NCBI GenBank assembly: GCA_965226585.1
Contig: OZ245366.1
Span: 416,001 to 480,000 of the forward strand
Direction of reading: 5' to 3'
Length of the DNA: 64,000 nucleotides
Origin: Thermodesulfobacteriota bacterium
GTDB taxonomy: Bacteria; Desulfobacterota_D; UBA1144; Nemesobacterales; Mycalebacteriaceae
The notes below the pieces were generated by a model. That model worked only from the letters and a program-made list of their open reading frames with translations, was not told the DNA's origin and searched no databases. How positions within the stretch are numbered: position 1 is the first letter of the stretch; each line of letters starts with the position of its first letter. This document shows positions 18,333-28,800 of the stretch, in pieces. The position numbers were made by a program, and so were the translations under genes.

Positions 18333-20087
18333 ATGTCTGAAGAAAAACCTGTGGACGACCCGTCCGGAGACGCAGAGCGGGAAAACTCTCCGGACTCTGA
18401 AGACCGCTGGGCGGTGTGGCTCGGCTTTGCCATTTTGCTTGCCGGGGCTTTGCTGTTCTTCCCGCAGGCGGCTGATGTAAAATCGGAACTGCGCAAGGCG
18501 GAGTCTCTCTACGCCGAAAAGACTGACACAAAAGGTTTCAAAACAATCGCGTGGTACAAACTGTCTGACGCAAGGGCGGCGGTGAAGGCGAAGGACGGAG
18601 TTTCGGGCAAATGGCTTGCTCTGCTGGCGGGAAAACCCCGCAAGTGGTCTGACAATCCGCTGGACGCTTTCTTTTTTGACAGGCAAAGGGCGCAAACCCT
18701 CAGCGCGTCCGCAGGGGCGGCTCACAAAAAAGCGCGGGATTTTGAAAAGGCGGCTTTTTCCGCCGCGCAGTCAGCGGAAAAGAGGGCGGCAAAATCAGGG
18801 TTCGGCAATCAGTCTGCCAACGATAAAGCGTCAGCCGCCATATCAAAGTGGCGCGCGGCGCGGACAAAAGCGGCTTCAGCCGCGAAAAAAGCGGGTTTCA
18901 AAGGATACAACCAAGCCGGGTGGCTTATCGCTCTGGGCATTTTGTGCGCGGCTCTGTTCGGTACCGGAATAAAGTTTATGGGCGGCTCTTTCAGGCGTTT
19001 TGCCAAAGGTTTCGCTTTTGTTTTCGCGGTCGCGGTCGCGGCGTATGTGTTTGCGGGGCAGGCGACTGTGAAGCAGTACGGGGTTGGCTATGCCGTGTGG
19101 GCGATTGCCATCGGTATGCTCATAAGCAACACGGTCGGCACGCCGCGCTGGGCAATGCCCGCCGTGCAAACGGAGTATTACATCAAAACCGGGCTGGTTC
19201 TGCTTGGGGCGAAAATTCTGTTTGAAAAGATTCTCACCATAGGGGCGGCGGGGATTGTTGTGGCGTGGATTGTTACGCCCGTTGTGTGGCTGGTTACCTT
19301 CTGGTTCGGGCAGAAAATTTTAAAAATCGCGTCCAAACGGCTGAACGCCGTTATCTGCTCCGACATGTCTGTCTGCGGAGTGTCCGCCGCGATTGCGACT
19401 GCGGCGGCTTGCAAAGCCAAAAAAGAGGAACTCACCCTCGCGGTGGGGCTGTCTCTTGTTTTCACCGCGATTATGATGGTGGTTATGCCGCTGTTTATAA
19501 AAGGGTTTTTCCCGCCGGACAAACAACTGATACTTGGCGGGGCGTGGATGGGCGGCACAATAGACGCGACCGGAGCGGTTGCGGCGGCGGGAGCCGTTCT
19601 GGGTGAAAAAGCCCTCTACGTGGCGGCAACGGTCAAGATAATACAGAACGTGCTGATAGGGGTTATAGCCTTCTGTGTCGCCCTGTATTTCACAACAAAA
19701 GTGGAAGCCGCGGAAACGGGCGCGAAGCCGGACGCGCGCGAGATATGGCGGCGGTTTCCCAAGTTCATTCTCGGTTTTCTTGCCGCGTCAATAGTTTTTT
19801 CACTGCTCTACTCGTGGTTCAACACGCAGGCGGAGGGAATGGGACGCGCCTTGATTGATCAGGGGGTGGTTAAGGGAATGAGCGATATGTTCAGGGGATG
19901 GTTTTTCTGTCTGGCGTTTGTGAGCATAGGGCTTGCGACAAATTTCCGCGCCCTGCGTCATCACTTTGTCGGCGGCAAACCGCTTCTGCTGTATCTGTTC
20001 GGGCAGTCTTTCAATCTCGCTCTCACACTGCTGGTTGCCTATATCTCGTTCTACATTCTGTTCCCGAAACTTACGGAGGCGATTTAA
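18333..20087 (+). CDS. YeiH / putative sulfate exporter family transporter
   Basis: [33 protein letters not shown]; many TM helices. Confidence 0.88.
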   Translation: MSEEKPVDDPSGDAERENSPDSEDRWAVWLGFAILLAGALLFFPQAADVKSELRKAESLYAEKTDTKGFKTIAWYKLSDARAAVKAKDGVSGKWLALLAGKPRKWSDNPLDAFFFDRQRAQTLSASAGAAHKKARDFEKAAFSAAQSAEKRAAKSGFGNQSANDKASAAISKWRAARTKAASAAKKAGFKGYNQAGWLIALGILCAALFGTGIKFMGGSFRRFAKGFAFVFAVAVAAYVFAGQATVKQYGVGYAVWAIAIGMLISNTVGTPRWAMPAVQTEYYIKTGLVLLGAKILFEKILTIGAAGIVVAWIVTPVVWLVTFWFGQKILKIASKRLNAVICSDMSVCGVSAAIATAAACKAKKEELTLAVGLSLVFTAIMMVVMPLFIKGFFPPDKQLILGGAWMGGTIDATGAVAAAGAVLGEKALYVAATVKIIQNVLIGVIAFCVALYFTTKVEAAETGAKPDAREIWRRFPKFILGFLAASIVFSLLYSWFNTQAEGMGRALIDQGVVKGMSDMFRGWFFCLAFVSIGLATNFRALRHHFVGGKPLLLYLFGQSFNLALTLLVAYISFYILFPKLTEAI

Positions 20088-20088
20088 C

Positions 20089-20352
20089 TTGACGGCGAGG
20101 CAGAGACTGCGCGCGTGGGCAATTCTGCTTGCGGGGCTTGCGTGCCTGTGGTTTGCGGTGTTTGCCGCCGCGCCCCGGCTGGCGAAACTGATACCCCTTT
20201 TTGAACGGATGGCGCAGGCGGCGGAAGAAAGAAACATTGACGCTTCCGCGTATTTTTATTCCGAACTTGAAATTTCCTATGAAGCGGAGAGGCTCATTGG
20301 CGATGCCGTCAAATCCGTCCGCAAACCCGAACCGGAGGACGGCGGTTTTTGA
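20089..20352 (+). CDS. Small single-TM hypothetical protein coupled to the YeiH-like gene
   Basis: TTG right after the upstream stop with RBS GGAGG; hydrophobic N-terminus, then IDASAYFYSE. Confidence 0.65.
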   Translation: MTARQRLRAWAILLAGLACLWFAVFAAAPRLAKLIPLFERMAQAAEERNIDASAYFYSELEISYEAERLIGDAVKSVRKPEPEDGGF

Positions 20353-20378
20353 CAACCCGCACGATTTACCTGTAAATT
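20349..20378 (+). promoter_or_regulatory. bio operon promoter with overlapping palindrome
   Basis: TTGACA (20349-20354) - 18 nt - TAAATT (20373-20378); inverted repeat ATTTAC-ct-GTAAAT at 20364-20377. Confidence 0.55.
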
Positions 20379-20406
20379 AGCCCTGTTTCTGACGGAGGAC
20401 GAAGCC

Positions 20407-21396
20407 ATCATTCTTATTGACGACATCTACAAAAAAGCGGTTGTTCGCGATGAGCCGATAGATTTTGACGAGGCGCTCGCGCTTACGGAAATTCCAAACG
20501 AAAGGATAGGCGAACTTATGTGCGTTGCCCGCGATGTTACAAAAAAACATCACGGAGACGGCGTTTTTCTGCGCTCCATAATCTCCGCCCAAACGGGGAA
20601 CTGCCCCGAAGACTGCTCTTTCTGCTCGCAATCCGCCCACTACGACACCGATGTTGAAGCGCACCCGCTTATGGCGGACGAAAAAATACTGAAAGCCGCA
20701 AAACAGGCCGAATCCATGGGCGCGATGGATTTCTGCATAGTCATAAGCGCGAAGGGTCCCACGCCCCGCATATTCAAACGAGTTCTCGGCGCGGTTGACC
20801 TTCTCACAAGGGAAACAAACCTCAAAGTCGGCTGTTCACTCGGCGAACTGACCGAAGAGCAGGCAATTCTGCTTAAAGAGCACGGCGTCTGGAGATACAA
20901 CCACAACCTTGAAACCTGCCGCAGTCACTTCCCGAACATCGTTACCACGCACTCATACGATGACAGGGTGGAGACGGCAAAGACGGTTAAAAAAGTTGGA
21001 ATGAACCTGTGCTCGGGCGGCATCCTCGGAATGGGGGAAACCACCCGCCAGCGCGTGGAGTTCGCTTTTGAAATACGCGAACTTGACCCGAACTGGGTTC
21101 CAATCAACTTCCTCAACCCGCGCCCCGGAACACCGTTTGCGGCGTTTGAACCCGTCCAGCCGCTTGAAGCCGTAAAGATGATATCCATCTGGCGTCTGGT
21201 TCTGCCGGACAAAATACTGATGATTTCAGGGGGAAGAGAGGTAACGTTGAGAGACCTCCAGTCCATGGGGGTTTTTGCGGGCGCGAACGCCATGATAATA
21301 GGCAACTACCTCACAACGTCCGGAAGGTCGCCCGAGGAAGACCTCAAAATGCTTGAAGACCTCCAGATGCCGGTTCGCACTCAAATAGAGAACTGA
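20407..21396 (+). CDS. bioB: Biotin synthase (start uncertain: ATC 20407/ATT 20410 vs first ATG 20518)
   Basis: CPEDCSFCSQS, YNHNLET, LCSGGILGMGE, VPINFL, GNYLTT. Confidence 0.93.
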   Translation: MILIDDIYKKAVVRDEPIDFDEALALTEIPNERIGELMCVARDVTKKHHGDGVFLRSIISAQTGNCPEDCSFCSQSAHYDTDVEAHPLMADEKILKAAKQAESMGAMDFCIVISAKGPTPRIFKRVLGAVDLLTRETNLKVGCSLGELTEEQAILLKEHGVWRYNHNLETCRSHFPNIVTTHSYDDRVETAKTVKKVGMNLCSGGILGMGETTRQRVEFAFEIRELDPNWVPINFLNPRPGTPFAAFEPVQPLEAVKMISIWRLVLPDKILMISGGREVTLRDLQSMGVFAGANAMIIGNYLTTSGRSPEEDLKMLEDLQMPVRTQIEN

Positions 21397-21431
21397 GAAA
21401 ATCTCCGCGCGCCGCCCCGCGCACACCTAAA

Positions 21432-22790
21432 ATGTCCGGCAGACGCACAAACATCTGGCACCCCTTCACTCAGATGAGTGAACACGAAGATTCCCCGCCG
21501 CTTGTCATAGAAAAGGGCGAGGGCTCCTACCTGATAGATTCTGACGGAAACCGCTACATAGACGGCGTTTCATCGCTGTGGGTAAATATTCACGGGCACG
21601 GAGTTCGTGAGATAGAGGACGCGGTAAAAAAACAACTTGAAAGCATAGGGCACAGCACTTTGCTTGGGCTTTCAAATCCCGCCGCCGAACAGCTTGCCGA
21701 AAAAATCATATCCGCCGCCCCGGACGGGCTTACAAAGGTTTTCTTTTCCGGAGACGGCGCGTCCGCCGTTGAGGTGGCGATAAAAATGGCGTTTCAATAC
21801 TGGAAGAACAAGGGCGAAGAGAGCAGAACGAAATTCATCTCGCTTGAAAACGGGTATCACGGAGACACGCTTGGAGCCGTATCTGTGGGCGGAATAGACA
21901 TGTTTCACTCCGCTTTCAAGCCGCTGTTGTTTGAAACATTCAAAGCGCCTTCCTACTACTGTTACAGATGCCCGCTTTCAAAAACCTATCCGTCTTGCGG
22001 AGTTGCCTGCGCGGATGAGATTGACGCGATATGCTCTGAGCATCCCGGAGAGATAGCCGCCATTATTCTTGAGCCGTATGTTCAGGCGGCGGGCGGAATG
22101 ACGGTTTCGCCCCCGTCATATCTTGAGAAGGTGAGAAAGATTGCGGACAGCCATGACGTTCTTTTGATACTTGACGAAGTGGCGACCGGATTCGGCAGAA
22201 CGGGCGAGATGTTTGCCTGCGAGCATGAAAATGTCTGTCCCGATATGATGGTTATCGGCAAAGGGCTTACGGGCGGATACACGGCGCTTTCCGCCACGCT
22301 TGCGACCGAACGGATATACGAGGCGTTTCTTGGCGACTACGAGGAGTTCAAAACCTTTTTTCACGGGCACAGTTATTCGGGAAACCCGCTTGCCTGCGCT
22401 GCGGGGCTGGGCAATTTCGCGGCGTTTGAAAACAGAAAAACACTTGAAAAACTGCCTGAAAAAATAGAGTTTTTTGAGGACGAACTCAAAGAGTTCCGCT
22501 CCATAGAAAGTGTGGGAGACGTGAGAAACAAGGGGCTTATGGCGGGCATTGAGATAGTTATGGACAGAGACACAAAACAGAGTTATCCCGTTTCCATGAG
22601 AATGGGGAAAAGGGTGGCGGACAGGGCGATGGATTACGGCGTTCTGCTTCGCCCGCTTGGCGATGTTGTGGTTCTGATGCCGCCGCCGGGCATTGAGATG
22701 GATGATTTGAAAAAACTGATGAAAGCCGCTTACAGGGCTGTGAGAGAGGTTACCGAAGAGGCGGCGGAAAAGGGCGCGGCTTTTTTATGA
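21432..22790 (+). CDS. bioA: Adenosylmethionine-8-amino-7-oxononanoate transaminase
   Basis: IWHPFTQM, SSLWVNIHGH, YHGDT, DEVATGFGRTG, KGLTGGY. Confidence 0.96.
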   Translation: MSGRRTNIWHPFTQMSEHEDSPPLVIEKGEGSYLIDSDGNRYIDGVSSLWVNIHGHGVREIEDAVKKQLESIGHSTLLGLSNPAAEQLAEKIISAAPDGLTKVFFSGDGASAVEVAIKMAFQYWKNKGEESRTKFISLENGYHGDTLGAVSVGGIDMFHSAFKPLLFETFKAPSYYCYRCPLSKTYPSCGVACADEIDAICSEHPGEIAAIILEPYVQAAGGMTVSPPSYLEKVRKIADSHDVLLILDEVATGFGRTGEMFACEHENVCPDMMVIGKGLTGGYTALSATLATERIYEAFLGDYEEFKTFFHGHSYSGNPLACAAGLGNFAAFENRKTLEKLPEKIEFFEDELKEFRSIESVGDVRNKGLMAGIEIVMDRDTKQSYPVSMRMGKRVADRAMDYGVLLRPLGDVVVLMPPPGIEMDDLKKLMKAAYRAVREVTEEAAEKGAAFL

Positions 22791-23950
22791 ATCCCCTCAA
22801 CTGGCTTGAAGGCGAACTTTCCGGGATACGGGAAAAGGGGCTTTTCAGGGAACTTACCGAACTTGAGACCGGGCAGACGCCCGAAGTTTCAATTGGCGGA
22901 CGGAAGTATATTCTGCTTGGCTCAAACGGATATCTTGGGCTTTCCACTCATCCTTCGGTTATAAGGGCGGCTGTGTCTGCCCTTGAAAAATACGGCGCGG
23001 GAAGCGGCGGCTCGCGTCTTGTGAGCGGAACAACAGACTTGCATCGTGAACTGGAGGAGAGGATAGCGGCGTTCAAAAAAACTGAGGCGGCAATAGTTTT
23101 CAGTTCCGGTTATCTGGCAAACACGGGCGCGATTCAGTCGCTTGCCCCCTCGGGAAGCGTGATATTCAGCGATGAGTTGAATCATGCTTCAATAATAGAC
23201 GGGTGCAGAATTTCGGGCGCGGAGGTGAGGGTGTACCGTCATTTGGATTTTGATCATTTGGAGACTCTTGTGTCTGCGGAGAAGGGAGTGGAGAGGAAAC
23301 TGATAGTTACGGACACGGTTTTCAGCATGGACGGCGACCTTGCGGATTTGTCTGTTCTTTGCGGCATTTCAGAGCGGCACGGGTGCGCGCTTATGGTTGA
23401 CGAGGCGCACGCGACCGGAGTTTTGGGCAAGCGGGGAAGCGGGGCGACAGAGCATTTCGGAGTTGAGAGCCGGGTTGGGATTACGATGGGAACGCTTTCC
23501 AAGGCGGTGGGTTCATCGGGCGGTTACATAGCCGGAAGCGGAAAACTTATAGAGTTCATACGCAACAGGGCGAGGGGATTTATTTTTGACACTTCGCCGC
23601 CCGCTCCCGCCCTTGCGGCGGCTCTTGAGGCGATAGGGATAATAGAGCGTGACGAGGTGCGGCGGGGGCATTTGTGGGAGATGATAAATCTGTTCAAGGG
23701 TGGTTTGGAGGATATGGGGCTTGAGGTTTTGCCTTCGCAGTCCGCCATAGTTCCCGTTCCTATAGGCGAGCCGGATGAGGCGATGAGGTTTGCGTCTGCG
23801 TTAATGGAAAGAGGTGTCTACACCCCTGCGGTAAGGCCCCCGTCCGTGCCTGCCGGAAAGTGCAGGATAAGGGCGTCAATTATGGCAACGCACGAAAAAG
23901 CGCACATTGAAAAAGCGATTAAGGCGTTTGAAAAAGTAAAAGAGGTGTGA
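22787..23950 (+). CDS. bioF: 8-amino-7-oxononanoate synthase
   Basis: GSGGSRLVSG, SGYLAN, DELNHASIIDG, DEAHATG, TLSKA, VRPPSVP. Confidence 0.95.
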   Translation: MNPLNWLEGELSGIREKGLFRELTELETGQTPEVSIGGRKYILLGSNGYLGLSTHPSVIRAAVSALEKYGAGSGGSRLVSGTTDLHRELEERIAAFKKTEAAIVFSSGYLANTGAIQSLAPSGSVIFSDELNHASIIDGCRISGAEVRVYRHLDFDHLETLVSAEKGVERKLIVTDTVFSMDGDLADLSVLCGISERHGCALMVDEAHATGVLGKRGSGATEHFGVESRVGITMGTLSKAVGSSGGYIAGSGKLIEFIRNRARGFIFDTSPPAPALAAALEAIGIIERDEVRRGHLWEMINLFKGGLEDMGLEVLPSQSAIVPVPIGEPDEAMRFASALMERGVYTPAVRPPSVPAGKCRIRASIMATHEKAHIEKAIKAFEKVKEV

Positions 23951-24002
23951 TGCCTCTTCCGTCATTCCGTTGTCCCCTCCCGTCATTCCTGCCTTCTCCC
24001 CC

Positions 24003-24078
24003 GTCATTCCTGCGGAAGCAGGAATCCAGTATTAATTAGCCAGTTGAATACTGGATTCCGTGTCAGGCACGGAATGAC
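24003..24078 (+). repeat. 76-bp palindromic element, copy 1, preceded by partial CCGTCATTCC units from about 23960
   Basis: GTCATTCCTGCGGAAGCAGGAATCCAGTATT-N13-AATACTGGATTCCGTGTCAGGCACGGAATGAC between the convergent bioF and coaBC genes. Confidence 0.95.
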
Positions 24079-24136
24079 GGAAGGGGAGATAAACACGGAA
24101 CGGCGGGGGTGGGTTTCCATTCTTCGGGGTTGCGGG

Positions 24137-25348
24137 TTAGCCGGTTTTATCTTCATAAATACTTAACGCTCTGTCCAGAATCTTATGACCAAGCGCGTCT
24201 TTTGTCATAAGCGGCAGGGTTTCCGGTTTTCCTTCGGGGCGCAGGAGGGTTGCCTGATTTGTTTCCGTGCCGAAACCGGAGCCTTCAGATGAAACATCGT
24301 TTGCCACTATCATATCGGCGTTTTTCTTTTTCAGTTTCTTTTGAGAGTTCTCAATAACAGACTGTGTTTCCGCGCTGAAGCCGACAACAACGGATTTTTT
24401 CGCGCGTTTTTTGCCGATTGATTCCAGAATGTCAGGTGTTTTTTCAAGTTGCAGACACATCGTTTCCGCAGTTTTTTTAATCTTCTCTTCCTCTGTCTTC
24501 GCGGGAGTGTAATCGCCCACCGCCGCCGCTTTTATTACAAAATCGGCATCCGTAAGGTTGTCCATAACGGCGTCAAACATATCGCCCACCGTTACAGTGT
24601 CTATGCGTTTCATTCCGGGCAGGTTTATTCCCGCGCCGCTTGCGGAAACAAGCGTTACATCACCGCCCCTCAGCCACGCCGCCCGCGCTATCGCGCATCC
24701 CATTTTTCCGGTTGAAGGGTTGGATATAAAGCGCACGGGGTCTATATGTTCGCGTGACGCGCCTGCCGTAACAAGCAGTTTTTTTCCCTTGAAATCATCG
24801 GGTGAAACCGCTTTTTCCACCGCAGAGACTATGTCATCCGTTTCGCTGAGCCGACCTTTGCCTTCCCATCCGCAAGCAAGGTCTCCCTCTGCGGGACCAA
24901 CTATTGAAACGCCCGCGCTCTCAAGTTTTTCAAGATTTTCCCGCACAATGGGGTGGGAATACATATTCACATTCATTGCCGGGCACGCGATCACCGGCGA
25001 TTTGGTGGCAAGAATTATCGCGCCGGGAAGGGTGTCTGCTATTCCCGCCGCCATTTTTCCGATAAAAGACGCCGTTGCCGGAGCCACAACCACTGCGTCT
25101 GCCGTGTCTGCAAGGGCGATGTGACCTATTTCGGATTCCCATTCAAGGTCAAACGGATCGGAGACCGCTTTTTTGCCTGAAAGGGTTTGAAGCGTGAGAG
25201 GTGTTATGAACTTTTCGGCGTTTTTTGTCATAACAACCTGAACCTCCGCGCCCCGCCGCATCAGTTCCCTCGTGATTTCGCACGACTTGTAAGCGGCTAT
25301 GCTTCCGGTAACTCCCAGAACTATTTTTTTTCCTTCAAGAACTTTCAT
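24137..25348 (-). CDS. coaBC: Bifunctional phosphopantothenoylcysteine decarboxylase/ligase
   Basis: GVTGSIAAYK, APATA, PAMNVNM, LACG, DPVRFISNPSTGKMG, VGFSAET. Confidence 0.96.
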   Translation of the reverse strand: MKVLEGKKIVLGVTGSIAAYKSCEITRELMRRGAEVQVVMTKNAEKFITPLTLQTLSGKKAVSDPFDLEWESEIGHIALADTADAVVVAPATASFIGKMAAGIADTLPGAIILATKSPVIACPAMNVNMYSHPIVRENLEKLESAGVSIVGPAEGDLACGWEGKGRLSETDDIVSAVEKAVSPDDFKGKKLLVTAGASREHIDPVRFISNPSTGKMGCAIARAAWLRGGDVTLVSASGAGINLPGMKRIDTVTVGDMFDAVMDNLTDADFVIKAAAVGDYTPAKTEEEKIKKTAETMCLQLEKTPDILESIGKKRAKKSVVVGFSAETQSVIENSQKKLKKKNADMIVANDVSSEGSGFGTETNQATLLRPEGKPETLPLMTKDALGHKILDRALSIYEDKTG

Positions 25349-25443
25349 TGTTTCCTTCACATAATACTGGATTTTTGCCCTCTCCGTCATTCCGTGCCTA
25401 TTCCGTCATTCCGTTGCCCCTTCCCCGTCATTCCTCTTTCCCC

Positions 25444-25876
25444 GTCATTCCTGCGGAAGCAGGAATCCAGTATTGGTTAACCAGTTGAATACTGGATTCC
25501 GTGTCAGGCACGGAATGACGGAAGTGGGAAGTGTCATTCCTGCGGAAGCAGGAATCCAGTATTGGTTAACCAGTTGAATACTGGATTCCGTGTCAAGCAC
25601 GGAATGACGGGAAGTGGGGAGTGTCATTCCTGCGGAAGCAGGAATCCAGTATTAATTAACCAGTTGAATACTGGATTCCGTGTCAGGCACGGAATGACGG
25701 AAGTGGGGAGTGTCATTCCTGCGGAAGCAGGAATCCAGTATTGGTTAACCAGTTGAATACTGGATTCCGTGTCAAGCACGGAATGACGGAAGTGGGGAGT
25801 GTCATTCCTGCGGAAGCAGGAATCCAGTATTAATTAACCAGTTGAATACTGGATTCCGTGTCAGGCACGGAATGAC
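25444..25876 (+). repeat. Tandem array of five 76-bp palindromic elements (period 89-90 bp)
   Basis: Copies at 25444, 25533, 25623, 25712 and 25801, separated by near-identical 13-14 nt GGAAGTGGG(G/A)AGT linkers; partial units at 25384-25443. Confidence 0.97.
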
Positions 25877-25891
25877 GGAGTGGGCGCGTCC

Positions 25892-28800
25892 CTAAAACGC
25901 CACTCCGAACCTTGCCGTAAATGTCTGCGTAAGCGTATCAAAGGTAGGAGAAACACCTCCGCTATACGCCACCCGCACACTTACACCTTTTAACGGATTT
26001 ACCTCTGCACCCGCGCTGTATCTTATGTTTATGCGTTCAAGTCCGCCTTTTGTATTTACCGGGTCATCAGGGGAAAAGGCGGCTTTTAAGTCTGTCTTGG
26101 GGTCTGTTAAATGAGCGTCCGCTCCGGCGGTTATCCACATATTTACACTTTCCCCTGCGGGAGCATAAGCCGTTACCGATGGAGTTACACGCAAATATGT
26201 TTGTGATAATCCTTCAACAGAAAGAGGCATATCTCCGCCGCCGGTTTCTGTAAAACTGTCCGCAGATACACGGGCTACACCCGCCTCAAGACGCGGAACC
26301 ACCATAAACACACCACCGCCGGGAAAGAAAGGCATCTCCGCCCCGATTGCGGCAGACCATGTTGTTATATTTGTTTTTGCAGAGTAGGTATCTTCTCCCC
26401 TTGCGGATGTTGATTCCCATGCCGCTTTTGCAAATTGTGTTCTTGCGTCTGCGATAATTTTTTTCCAAATCTCACCCGCTACTGATAACCCTGCCATAAA
26501 ACGCTCACCCGCCGCGTTTGTATCAGTTCCGGCATTAAAGTCTGATGTTTCATAACCCGCGCCGACTGATACGGCAGACTGCCCTGCGGGGATGGAAAAA
26601 CCTCCGGCAAATACATAAGCATCTTCTCCGTATTTAACCTTTGTATCGTGTCTCGTGTGACGGCTTCCCGCATCTGCCCAGAGACAGCCGCCTTGCAAAT
26701 CTTGCGTTTCCGCCTCTCCGCCGTAACAACTGCCACGCAGTTTTTCTGAGAAACTTGTGTCTGAGTGGTAAGCGGATTGAATCATCGCGTCATAGTTTCT
26801 CAGGTAGTTAAAGTGGACGGAATTGGCAAGCACAACAAATATGTTGCCGTTTGAATCCATTCCCGCGCTACTGCCTTCACCAAGACCGCCGCTTATCATG
26901 CTCAATACTGCTTGCCTTTCGGCTTCATTATCGGGAAGGGCGGTTTCGCTGAATAGGGCGAATTCGTCTGAATGTCTTTCAGGGTTGGCTAATTTTATGT
27001 TTAGGTCTTTAACATCTTCTGCGGTTAATGTGCCTTCAAGTTCTATGAGGGGTTTGTCTGTCGTCATTTCTGTAGAGTCTGCGGTAACCATAACGGTTGA
27101 GTTTTCACCAAAGGTTATTTTTTCCAAACCGTTAAATCCGCCTGTGTCTTGAATTACGATTGTGCCGTTGTTTATGAAATGGTCATCGCCATCTCCGAAG
27201 TTAATGGTTGCGGTTGTGTCCTCAGGGGCGGGGTCTGCAGAAGAGAGGCGGAAACGGCTGTTTCCCGCCCCCTCCGTCATTCCTGCGGAAGCAGGAATCC
27301 AGTATTGATTAGCCAGTTGAATACTGGATTCCGTGTCAAGCACGGAATGACGGGGTGGAGAGGATGCGGAATGACGGGAAGGGGAGGATTGTTGCGTGGA
27401 GGGTGGGTCAGGCTTGGTTTCTGCGATTATTTGCGAGCCGTCATAGATTACCATTCCGCTGTCTATATTTTCAAAAATGTCATTGCCATCGCCCATGTCA
27501 AAATCTCCAGTCAGGGTGAAGGTTCCCTTGTTTTCAACCCTGTCATCACCGGCTCCGGTATTTCCGTGTCCGGTGAAAGAACCGTTGTTGTAGAAAACAT
27601 CGCTGTTGTCTGAAAGCCCAATTCTGCCCGTTATATTGCCGCTACCTTCGGTTGTTATCGTTGCGCCATAGGTCGCCGAGTCACCAGCACGCACGGCATA
27701 GCCATAGTCGCTTGCCGTGCAGATTATGCCCGAAAGCGCACCGCCGCACACAATCGCGCTTCCTCCAACCGTTAATTCCGCTTGCCCGTCTTCGTTTCTG
27801 AGAAGCACGGCGGTACTGAAAATGCTCTCTGATGACCCGCCTCTGAGCATCCAAATCCCTCCGCCCGATATATTCACCGCTTGCGCGACTACCGCATTGC
27901 CGTTATGGACTGTCGTAAAAATATCTCCGCCCGACACATTCACCGTATCTGCAACCACCGTATTGCCGCCCGAACCGTTAGCCCAGATGTTTCCCGATAC
28001 TACATGCAAGCCGCTCACCGATTCTATTGTTGTGCCGCCATCGCCTTGCGTCCAGATATCAATATTGCTGATGCTTGCCTCACCGCCGGTGTCAAGATAA
28101 ACGCCGCTGCTATTATGATTCAGAGAGGCAATATTGCCCGTGCCATCGCCTGTGATTGTGATGTCTCCATTTACCGATGTTGCATTCAAAGCCCATCCGC
28201 CTGTGCCTATGCCGCGAATCAGCGCGCCCGACAGTTCTATGCGTATATCTCCGTCAACAGTAGTGGCTTTAACCCCGTTTCTGCCGACTATGCATGAGTT
28301 CCCGTTTTTCATCACTATGTCTATATCTCCGTCACCCCCCGTTTGAGCCGCAAAGCCGTGGGAATCTCCCACAGAAGGGGTGAGGATTGACGCAGAGTTT
28401 GTAAGCAAAACACTTATATTGCCGCTTGTGGATGTGAATGTCGCGCCTCTGGCGTTGTAGGTGGAGTCGCGTTTGCTACTGCGGTACATAAAAATTCCCG
28501 AATACAAACCGTCAAAATTCGCGCTGATTTCGCCGCCGTTGGTTGTCGCGATAAAACCGTCTGCGCCATCCGACACTTTTGACATAATTCTCCCCTGATT
28601 GGAGAAGTTCGCAAACACTCTTCCGCTTTCGCTTGAAGCGACAATTCCGTTTCCGCCGGTTGATTCAATTTGAACTTTTGATTGATTGTGAATGTCTATA
28701 TCCGCATCACCCGTTCCGGCTGTCATAGTAACAACATTCCCGCCGGTTCCGCGTTTGGTGGTGAACGAGTTGTTATCGCCTCTGAAAATAGCGTTCCCCT

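Noticed and set aside
20089..21396. TGA readthrough or selenocysteine fusion of the small ORF with bioB (same frame)
   Set aside because: The intervening DNA holds a promoter and a separate RBS, and no SECIS-like hairpin follows the TGA; a shared frame is a one-in-three coincidence.
24003..24078. tRNA gene (76 nt, cloverleaf-like)
   Set aside because: Only a 3-bp closing stem in the four-way fold, no TTC T-loop, D-loop or 7-nt anticodon loop, and it is multicopy including in-frame coding copies.
25445..25756. Short ORFs 25445-25627 and 25562-25756 (also 31553-31909)
   Set aside because: They are translations of the palindromic repeat with no independent coding evidence.
25444..25876. CRISPR array
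   Set aside because: Repeats are 76 bp, linkers are 13-14 nt and nearly identical, the unit also occurs singly and inside genes, and there are no cas genes.
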